DNA of 51,144 bases from Promethearchaeota archaeon (GTDB taxonomy: Archaea > Asgardarchaeota > Lokiarchaeia > Sigyniarchaeales > SOKP01). Location of the stretch: NCBI GenBank assembly GCA_048940925.1, contig JBHLOC010000031.1:5745-56888 (forward strand). Reading direction: 5' to 3'. Shown one piece after another: positions 40,942 through 48,947 of the stretch. The notes under the pieces are model-generated. The model did not search any database and was not told the origin of the DNA. It worked only from the letters and a program-made list of their open reading frames with translations. The position numbers and the translations under genes are program-made. Each line of letters opens with the position of its first letter. Position 1 is the first letter of the stretch.

Positions 40942-41136
40942 TATTATGGGCTCTATTTTTTATCTCAGCTAAAATTTTTTTATTACTATTTAGGCATAAC
41001 TAATTGTGATTAATAAAAATTTTCATTTTTTTATGGAATTTGAATTATATATTCAAATTTTGATTATGGATAATGTTTATAAAAAATCTAAGTTAAATAA
41101 CTGAAAGATTCTTTAAGTAATGTATATACTTTGTAT

Positions 41137-42294
41137 TCAGCAATTTAAATGTTTAACAAAATTTTCAACTCTGTCCATAGCTTCTTCAAGTTTGGACATC
41201 TCCGTAGCATATGATATACGTATCATATGGTCTGAAAAAGATCCAAATATATCTCCGGGTACTATCGCTACAGCTTGTTCTTTCATTACTTTTCGTGAGA
41301 ATTCTGAACCATTCATCTTAAAAAGTTTGATTGAAGGCATAATATAAAAAGATCCGAGTGGTTTTATCACGTCAAAACCCATATCTTTTAATCTAGAATA
41401 GACTAAAATTCTTCTCTTATCAAAACTCTCCCAGATATTTTTGAAAAATTCTCTATTCATTTTTAATGCTTCTATAAAACCATACTGAGCAGCATGATTA
41501 GTTCCTGCTACCGTATACTGATGGTACTTTTCCATTAAATCAATAATTTCTTTAGAAGCTACAGCATACCCTAATCTAAAACCTGTTGCTGAAAATAATT
41601 TTGACATAGCATTTAGTGTTATAGTCCGTTTAAATATGTCATTCAAAGAAGCTGGACTCGTATGTTTAAGTCCATCATATATATAGTTTTCATAAACTTC
41701 ATCTGAGATTAGATATAAATCATTATCTACAACAATATCCACAATTGCTTTTAATTGAGAAAGATTTAACGCATGACCAGTAGGATTGTTTGGAGAATTG
41801 ATTAGAATTGCTTTTGTCTTTTCTGTAATTGATTTTTCAATTCCTTCTATATCTGGACTAAAATCCTTATTTCTTTCTACTTCTACAGTATTTATACCGA
41901 AAAAGGAACTACAGTAAAAATATGATACAAAATTAGGTGATGACAAGATTAACTCATCTCCAGGATTAAAAATGGAAGCAAAAGCTAATGTAATTGCCTG
42001 ACTCCCACCATTAGTAACTATTATATTGTCTTTCCAATCGGTCTCAATTTTGTTATCCTTTCTCATCTTCTTTTCTATTAACTCTAATAATTCTGGAACT
42101 CCTTTCGTGGGAGCGTACATTGTTATATTTTTTTTTAAAGCCTCAATATTACCTTTTATAGCAGGTTCAGGAGTTCTGAAATCTGGTTGACCAATACCGA
42201 GACTAATTACATCTGAGCGTCCTGCGGCAAGATCAAATAATTCTCTAATGGTTGATTTTGGAGCTTTAGCTATTCTATGAGAAGTTTCTTTCAT
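41137..42294 (-). CDS. Class I/II PLP aminotransferase (aspartate aminotransferase-like)
   Basis: IGQPDF, NSPNNPTG, SDEVY, MSKLFSATGFRLG, RISYA. Confidence 0.95.
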   Translation of the reverse strand: MKETSHRIAKAPKSTIRELFDLAAGRSDVISLGIGQPDFRTPEPAIKGNIEALKKNITMYAPTKGVPELLELIEKKMRKDNKIETDWKDNIIVTNGGSQAITLAFASIFNPGDELILSSPNFVSYFYCSSFFGINTVEVERNKDFSPDIEGIEKSITEKTKAILINSPNNPTGHALNLSQLKAIVDIVVDNDLYLISDEVYENYIYDGLKHTSPASLNDIFKRTITLNAMSKLFSATGFRLGYAVASKEIIDLMEKYHQYTVAGTNHAAQYGFIEALKMNREFFKNIWESFDKRRILVYSRLKDMGFDVIKPLGSFYIMPSIKLFKMNGSEFSRKVMKEQAVAIVPGDIFGSFSDHMIRISYATEMSKLEEAMDRVENFVKHLNC

Positions 42295-42383
42295 ATAAAA
42301 TTTTCTCTTATAAATTAATTTAAATTCATTTAATTCTCAATACTATGATACAAAAAAGAGTTTTTTGAGATTATTAAAACTTT

Positions 42384-42938
42384 TTAAAGTTTTACCCCAT
42401 GATTACTTAAGATTTGATTAACTAACAATAAAAATGCTTCTTCAATATTCTCTCCCAATTTGGCGCTAGTTTCTATAAAATTGTTGGCGTTAATCTTCTT
42501 TGCTAGTTCTTGTCCCTTTTCAGTTGGAACTACACGCTCGTCTTTTAAGTCAGTTTTATTTCCAATTAATATATAAACTCCTTCTTTCCTCACATATTTC
42601 TTAAAATCACGCAACCATTTTGAAGTTATACAATCAAATGTATTATAGCGAGTAACATCGTATACAAGAAGCGCACCCTCACATCCTTGGAAGTACATAG
42701 ATCTAATAACACTGTATTTTTCCTGTCCAGCCAGATCCCACATGATCAATCGTACTTTAGCATTTTCTAAATTCACATCTTTACGTACGATATTTGCGCC
42801 AAGGGTAGGTTTATAATCCTCTTGAAAAGTTTCTTCACAGAACATATTAATAAGACTTGTTTTTCCTACTGCTGCTTCTCCAAGAATTGTTATTTTAAAG
42901 ACAAATTCTCTTAATTCCATGGCTTCTTCTGTTGACAT
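42384..42938 (-). CDS. Rab-like small GTPase
   Basis: GEAAVGKT, PTLG, WDLAGQ, NKTD, SAK. Confidence 0.95.
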   Translation of the reverse strand: MSTEEAMELREFVFKITILGEAAVGKTSLINMFCEETFQEDYKPTLGANIVRKDVNLENAKVRLIMWDLAGQEKYSVIRSMYFQGCEGALLVYDVTRYNTFDCITSKWLRDFKKYVRKEGVYILIGNKTDLKDERVVPTEKGQELAKKINANNFIETSAKLGENIEEAFLLLVNQILSNHGVKL

Positions 42939-42991
42939 ACAGTGATTTCTATCCTTAATATATAGTAATACATATATTGTCGTATGTCTAT

Positions 42992-43555
42992 TTAAGGCTT
43001 TTTTTCGACTTTCAATTTTAGAATAAAAGTATTATGATTTGGATCATTTATAGTTTTATTATCTCCAAAATGCGTAACTCTATATTTAGAAGGTAATGTT
43101 TTCTCTAAGGAATGGACTAAGAATCCCTCAAATAAATCACATGGTACACCAATTTCAGAACAAAATATACATTTTTGAACTAAGACTGTTACAATATTCT
43201 TATTTTTCTCAATTATTTTAACTTTCCAATCTGTAACTATTAACCTATTAATGTCATCAACGATTTCTTCAAAATTTTTCCCATATGGATATAAATAAAA
43301 GGAAAATTTTTTCCCAATTTCAAAAAGGAGTCTGGAAGAATCATATAATAAACAATTTTGAGCAGATATAATTTTCTTAAGTGAAAAGAAATCTAACATT
43401 TTATCTTGATCTTGGTCTTTTATGTTCTTTAGGTTGAGCATTTCAGCTTCTTTTAAGATGGATCTCATCCCATCATAATCAAGTATATCATGATACGCTT
43501 GAAGAAGTGCGGTTATAACCTTATATTTTACTTCTCCTTTATAATCTCCAATCAT
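42992..43555 (-). CDS. Divergent V4R/HNOB-fold protein
   Basis: N-terminal 'ILDYDGMRSILKEA' helix, 'LFEIGK', and CIFC...PCDLFEGFL as in V4R proteins; the last V4R cysteines are not evident. Confidence 0.65.
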   Translation of the reverse strand: MIGDYKGEVKYKVITALLQAYHDILDYDGMRSILKEAEMLNLKNIKDQDQDKMLDFFSLKKIISAQNCLLYDSSRLLFEIGKKFSFYLYPYGKNFEEIVDDINRLIVTDWKVKIIEKNKNIVTVLVQKCIFCSEIGVPCDLFEGFLVHSLEKTLPSKYRVTHFGDNKTINDPNHNTFILKLKVEKKP

Positions 43556-43577
43556 ATGTTCTATGCTTTATGTAATT

Positions 43578-44123
43578 TCAAATCTTACTTTTCTTTAATA
43601 CTTGAGATACTAATTTTTTAAAAGCAATTTCTACATTGTTTCCAGATTTTGCACTTGTTTCGATAAAATCACTAGCTTTTATCTCTTCTGCTAAATTTTC
43701 TCCCTTCTCCGAAGGTACTGCATTTGAATCTTTTAAATCAACTTTATTGCCAATTAACATATAAACTCCATCTGGTCTAGCAAAAGTTCTAAAATCCTCA
43801 AGCCATTTTGATTTAATACTTTCAAAAGTGGAATGACGTGTTATATCATATACAAACAAACTACCATGACAACCTTCAAAAAACATCTGTCTAGTTAATT
43901 CATATTTATCTTGTCCAGCGATATCCCAAAGTATTAGGCGAACAAATGCGTTAAATTCTTCAACTTTTATTTCTTTAGTAAGAATGTTAACACCTAAAGT
44001 TGGCTGGTAGTCCTTCTCAAAACTATGTTCTATATAGCGATTGATTAAACTTGTTTTACCTACCGCAGGATCACCTAACACGCAGAGTTTAAAAGCCCAT
44101 ATCCTCTCTTTGTTCTCTGTCAT
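43578..44123 (-). CDS. Rab-like small GTPase
   Basis: GDPAVGKT, PTLG, WDIAGQ, NKVD, SAK. Confidence 0.95.
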   Translation of the reverse strand: MTENKERIWAFKLCVLGDPAVGKTSLINRYIEHSFEKDYQPTLGVNILTKEIKVEEFNAFVRLILWDIAGQDKYELTRQMFFEGCHGSLFVYDITRHSTFESIKSKWLEDFRTFARPDGVYMLIGNKVDLKDSNAVPSEKGENLAEEIKASDFIETSAKSGNNVEIAFKKLVSQVLKKSKI

Positions 44124-44140
44124 ATTATTTCAAAATTTTT

Positions 44141-44569
44141 CTATAATTTTAGTAATGATAAATTAAGGTTAGGATCATTAGCTCGAATTAATTTTTGATC
44201 AATTTCAAATATATATACTTCACCAGTGATAGAAACTATAGTAGGTTGGATCAAATGTCCACCAATTATATTGTAATCTCTTGTTCCTAGAGAAATATGG
44301 AGGTGAACTATTGGTTGGTCATCTATAAAAGAAATGTTTCCCATACATGAAACTAATTCGACATAATCCTCATATATTTTTTGTAGATAGCTTTTAGAGT
44401 TGATATCAAAATACCCTATAGTAAATTTTTTTAAAGCACCAATACTATTAATTAATCCAGACCTTATATTATGTTCTTTTATCATCTGGATTATTGAATC
44501 GATTAAATCCTCATCTGGCTCTACTTTACCTACTATAACTCTACTAATCTTAGTTTCGATGCTCTTCAT
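44141..44569 (-). CDS. PPC domain / DUF296 protein
   Basis: IGAL, ELVSCMGN, HLHISLG, GGHL motifs. Confidence 0.9.
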   Translation of the reverse strand: MKSIETKISRVIVGKVEPDEDLIDSIIQMIKEHNIRSGLINSIGALKKFTIGYFDINSKSYLQKIYEDYVELVSCMGNISFIDDQPIVHLHISLGTRDYNIIGGHLIQPTIVSITGEVYIFEIDQKLIRANDPNLNLSLLKL

Positions 44570-44745
44570 ATTTATTCAAATATGAGAATATTATTATACA
44601 TATCTGATAAAGTCAGTTTTTTTATATTTGAGTTAAAACCATATTTACATATTATTGCTACAAACGAATTTTTGATTCTTAATATAGAAAAATTAATTAT
44701 AGTGTACATTTATACCCTATATTAGTATACTATAAGTGTTATATA

Positions 44746-45714
44746 ATGCCCGAAAAAGTGGAAATATCAGGTATCGAATTACTCTTAGCTGAACCAGCTC
44801 AAGTTGATATGGAATGGGTTGGAAATGATGATTTAATAAATCAATTAAAAGCAGCATGGATGGTTGTTGATAAAGATGATCTTCCATTGAACCCACGTAT
44901 TTTAGGCAAACCTGGAGTTGGAAAGACCACTCTTGGTTATGCTGCTGGAAGAAGATTAGGTAAAGATGTATACATGTTCCAATGCACAATGGATACACGC
45001 CCAGAAGATTTATTAATAAGTCCTGTAATTGCATCTGGTAATAAAATTGCTTATGTTGCTAGCTCTTTAGTATCAGCTATGATCAAGGGCGGAGTTTGCC
45101 TTTTAGATGAAGGAAATAGGATGAGTGAAAAAAGTTGGGCATCTTTAGCACCTTTAATGGATAAAAGACGATATGTGGAGAGTATTATAGCAGGCATTAG
45201 AATTTATGCGCATCCAGAATTTCGGTTATGTGTCACTATGAATGCTGATTCTAGCACATATGAAATTCCAGAATATATTCAGTCTCGTCTACAACCTAAG
45301 ATTTACATAGAATTCCCCAATAAAATAGATGAACTCAAAATTTTAAAGTACAATTTACCTTTTGCATCTAAAGAAATTTTAGAATATTGTGTAGATTTTC
45401 TCCAGAATGCTCATATACATGACGAACCCTACACTGTTAGAGACGGTATTAACATTTTAAGATATTATATAAAATCAAGTTTACTAAACAACGAAGACCA
45501 AGATAAATTGGAAAAGGTTATGTTTGAAAGCTCTGTAATTAAAGTACTAGAAGAAGTAGCAGTAAAGTATTTACCTGGAAATTATGAAGAATTCTTGAAA
45601 AAGGAGAAAGAATCAATCCCATTTAAGATATTTAAAGATTTTGAAGATGTCAACGATTATTATGATAAATTTGTAAAAAAGACTGATAAAGATTCAACTG
45701 ATTTTAACCCATAA
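44746..45714 (+). CDS. MoxR/CbbQ-like AAA+ ATPase
   Basis: GKPGVGKT, QCTMDTRPEDL, LLDEGNR, HPEFRLCVTMN, SRL. Confidence 0.9.
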   Translation: MPEKVEISGIELLLAEPAQVDMEWVGNDDLINQLKAAWMVVDKDDLPLNPRILGKPGVGKTTLGYAAGRRLGKDVYMFQCTMDTRPEDLLISPVIASGNKIAYVASSLVSAMIKGGVCLLDEGNRMSEKSWASLAPLMDKRRYVESIIAGIRIYAHPEFRLCVTMNADSSTYEIPEYIQSRLQPKIYIEFPNKIDELKILKYNLPFASKEILEYCVDFLQNAHIHDEPYTVRDGINILRYYIKSSLLNNEDQDKLEKVMFESSVIKVLEEVAVKYLPGNYEEFLKKEKESIPFKIFKDFEDVNDYYDKFVKKTDKDSTDFNP

Positions 45715-45861
45715 AAAAAATTAAAGCTCTAAATTTTGGTTCTCTATTATTAATACTTGAAGATAGTAGTCTTATGCATTATAAAATTCCAAAAGAAACA
45801 GAGAGAGAAATATTTAAAGTTGAACCAAGTCATTTAAAACATAACAGGATAATTAGAGGAT

Positions 45862-46599
45862 ATGGGGGAATCTCATCAATTATTTTTTTTATTACCACGG
45901 CTATATCATTACGCTAATAATATTAGGAGAATTTTCTGCAATAATATACTTCTGGGCTCAATTCTTATTATATACTCCCCATTCCGATACATTCCTACTT
46001 ATTTATTATTTCGGAAATTATTTCGTCCCAAACTAATAATAATGCTTAAAAAACATAAAAAATTAATTATAATGATTATTATAAAGCGACTTGAGTCTCA
46101 ATAATAAAATTCCATTCGCTGGGGTAATCAGATAAAAGATTTGAGTGATTATTTCATGATAAAAATTTATAACCTATGGCTTTTTTATGTCATAGGTTGT
46201 GTTATTGCCTACTCTATGCAGTTATGGGCTAATAAGAAGCGAGGTGAGCCCTTTGATGATCCCGAATTTTTATTTTCTGATCAAAAAATCGTTGTTATTG
46301 CTATGGCATGGCTTTTTGGAGGTTTCATTGATTTATTTCCATTTTTTGGGGCTGCGGTGGGTATAATTGATACTTTAATAATAGGGATCCAAGGGTACTT
46401 TTCTTTAGTAATATTTAGTTTACTAATTGTTATTACAATTATATTTACAATTTTAACAGTTGTTTTTGATAAACTACTTCGAGGAGGAACATGTAAAAAG
46501 TGTGCAAATTTTTCAGGCGTTATGAATAAAACTACTGAAGATGTACGTGTTATGTTTTTCCAACAAAACCCAACAATGGCTAAAGCTTGGAAGAAGTAA
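45862..46599 (+). pseudogene. Probably degraded/truncated membrane protein gene (CxxCxNF...NP..A.AW-type C-terminus)
   Basis: The 46141-46599 ORF has TMs and CKKCANFS...NPTMAKAW but only a TTG/late ATG start; upstream 45862-46104 holds short hydrophobic fragments in several frames. Confidence 0.4.
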
Positions 46600-46644
46600 G
46601 AAAAATTCAAATTATATAAAAAAGGAAGAGTATTGTTATTTCCA

Positions 46645-48633
46645 ATGGCGAAAGAACCTTATTTAAAATATGTTAATATTTATGTAATTCCAACTTTTCA
46701 TTCGCGTATAGAGTTCGCAAAATTGGTCCGAACTGCGCTATTCAAAGTATTTCCAGATGTAATTGCTGTAGAATTACCCAATAATATAAAAGATGAAGTA
46801 ATAGAGGCTATTGAACGATTACCTTTTTTATCTTTAATTGGATATGCGGATACATTAAATCCTAAAAAATTGAATTTTATTCCGATAGATCCAGGAGATT
46901 CTATAATGGAGGGAATAAGAATTGGTCTTGATCATAATATTTCAATTGAATTTATCGATCTTTCAGTATCAGAGTATTTACCTCCAAGTTTTAAACTTCC
47001 AGATGATTACGCCATTAATCAAATTGGGCTTCAAAAGTTTTATCAACCCATTTCTGAGGTTTTTAAAAAAGAGTTTAAGGATAAAAAAGCTAAACTCAAG
47101 AATAAAGTAAATTTAAAAGAGTTCCTTAAAAATCAAGAAAAAATTGACAATGAATATGATTATATTGAAAAAGACATTCTTAGAGAAAAATATATGGCAG
47201 CTCATCTTTTAAAGATGATGCCATTATATCATAGGATTTTACTTATTATCGGTATGGCTCACTGGGAAAATGTAAAATATTATTTAGAAAATCCAGAACA
47301 AGTTCAAGATGTGGAATTAGATTTAATCCCTCATAAATACGTAAAAATATATAATATTAAGGGTTCTGATGCTAGATTTCTTTTAAGAGAATTACCATAT
47401 CATACCTATAAATGGCTAAAATTTAGAGAGAAATTTTCTAAAGAAACTTTAGACAAAATAGAGACTCCTGAGGAAATTTATACGATATTAAGCTCTTACA
47501 ATAAGGTTGAACATATTAGAAAAATATTGTTAAAAGCTAAATATGATTATGAAGAGGAATTTAAAGAATTTGTAGATTTGCATAGATTGAAAACTCTATT
47601 TCAGTATTCAAGGAACCTCTCTTTAACAGAAAAGAGATTATTGCCTAATTTATATCAATTATTAATTACTGCTAAAAACATTGTTGATGATGATTATGCT
47701 TGGAAAGTTATGGAAAAAGCTACGAAATATCCTTATGATGATAAGAGTGATAAATATGAGACTTTAAAGATGAGCATAGAAGGTGGATATGATCCAAGTG
47801 GTCGGTATATAAAATTGCGGAGACACCACCCTTATACTTATGGAAAAGAAAAAGAGGTACCTTTAAAGAAAAAACCTGCAGAAAAATATCCTGGTGAATG
47901 GAAGGATAAATGGGAAGAAAGTAAAGATTATACAGTCTCTTGGCCTCCTGAGGATATTTTAGAAGAAGATTACTTTGCTTTCATAAGAAAAAAAGCCATT
48001 AAGAATTTAAAAAATCAGAGAGTGAAAATAGAAGAATTTAAATCCAGCTTAATGGATGGAATTGCAGTTAAAGAAACGATTAGGAATTGGGCTTTTAAGA
48101 AAAAGATTTATGTTCAAAATATTCAACAAATTCAAGGCAAAATCGATACAATTGTCGTAATATTTGATAAAGATGATGGAGATGTTGAAAAATATCCATA
48201 TAAATTAACTTGGTGGGCAGAACATGATAAAGAGAGTGATATGGCTTTTTATTCAACAAATCCTGGGGATTATGTTATTGGTCCAGGGATTACACATGTA
48301 GAGGTCGGAGGATTACTATCGATCTTTCCAGCAATTTATCTAAGATCGATTTTTGATTCATATATGGATTATGAGTATAGAGATACGAAGAATAAAGCAG
48401 AACGCTTACTTAAGGCCGCAATTATTTATTCAAATGAACATTATATCGCTTATACGGCAAAAGAACCACCTCGAAAATATTTCTTTTCACTAGCAGGAAT
48501 TAAAAATCGCGAATTGGTTTATATTCCAATAGATAATTTTAGTAAAGATTCACTTAAAACAATCAAACACATTCACATTCTTGCGGGAAGAGACAAAAGG
48601 AAAATTGCTCACAATTATATATTTTTGGATTAA
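46645..48633 (+). CDS. Conserved hypothetical protein with TraB/TIKI/ChaN-like N-terminal domain, putative MoxR partner
   Basis: PTFH...PDVIAVELP, REKYMA, IIGMAHW follow the H/E/R/H layout of the EreA-ChaN-TIKI superfamily; likely ATG at 46645. Confidence 0.6.
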   Translation: MAKEPYLKYVNIYVIPTFHSRIEFAKLVRTALFKVFPDVIAVELPNNIKDEVIEAIERLPFLSLIGYADTLNPKKLNFIPIDPGDSIMEGIRIGLDHNISIEFIDLSVSEYLPPSFKLPDDYAINQIGLQKFYQPISEVFKKEFKDKKAKLKNKVNLKEFLKNQEKIDNEYDYIEKDILREKYMAAHLLKMMPLYHRILLIIGMAHWENVKYYLENPEQVQDVELDLIPHKYVKIYNIKGSDARFLLRELPYHTYKWLKFREKFSKETLDKIETPEEIYTILSSYNKVEHIRKILLKAKYDYEEEFKEFVDLHRLKTLFQYSRNLSLTEKRLLPNLYQLLITAKNIVDDDYAWKVMEKATKYPYDDKSDKYETLKMSIEGGYDPSGRYIKLRRHHPYTYGKEKEVPLKKKPAEKYPGEWKDKWEESKDYTVSWPPEDILEEDYFAFIRKKAIKNLKNQRVKIEEFKSSLMDGIAVKETIRNWAFKKKIYVQNIQQIQGKIDTIVVIFDKDDGDVEKYPYKLTWWAEHDKESDMAFYSTNPGDYVIGPGITHVEVGGLLSIFPAIYLRSIFDSYMDYEYRDTKNKAERLLKAAIIYSNEHYIAYTAKEPPRKYFFSLAGIKNRELVYIPIDNFSKDSLKTIKHIHILAGRDKRKIAHNYIFLD

Positions 48634-48701
48634 CGATGAAATAAGTTTAAAAACTACCATAAGATTTTTTAGATCATTTTACCTAATTTTAATTATAAAG
48701 T

Positions 48702-48831
48702 GGATGTGGATGCTATGAATATGGTTACTGAATTCTTAGGTTTTATAAAAAATATAATCATATCCACAATTATTATTATCTAAATTCATTTATTTGTGAA
48801 GTGAATTTTCTTAGTTTTTGCTTCCACATCC
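48702..48831 (+). promoter_or_regulatory. Structured leader / inverted repeat upstream of ileS
   Basis: GGATGTGGA(T)GC at 48702-48713 pairs with GC(T)TCCACATCC at 48820-48831; inner stem TGAATATGGTTA (48716-48727) / TAATCATATCCA (48755-48766). Confidence 0.45.
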
Positions 48832-48947
48832 TGCTTCATGAGTAAAACTTTCGACATTTATGATGTAAACTAAAATATGTTAATTAATTTATTTTTTAAT
48901 AATTTTAAGTTAAAAAGGTTGAGATTGGAAAAAGAAAAGTAAGGTAG

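Noticed and set aside
16172-44123. Calling the five small GTPases true Rab orthologs, or the window eukaryotic contamination
   Set aside because: None has a C-terminal prenylation cysteine motif or hypervariable tail, and the genes are intronless in operons with archaeal housekeeping genes.
48702-48831. Canonical T-box riboswitch before ileS
   Set aside because: No T-box consensus (GGTGGNACCGCG-like) or terminator/antiterminator pair is visible; kept only as an unexplained structure.
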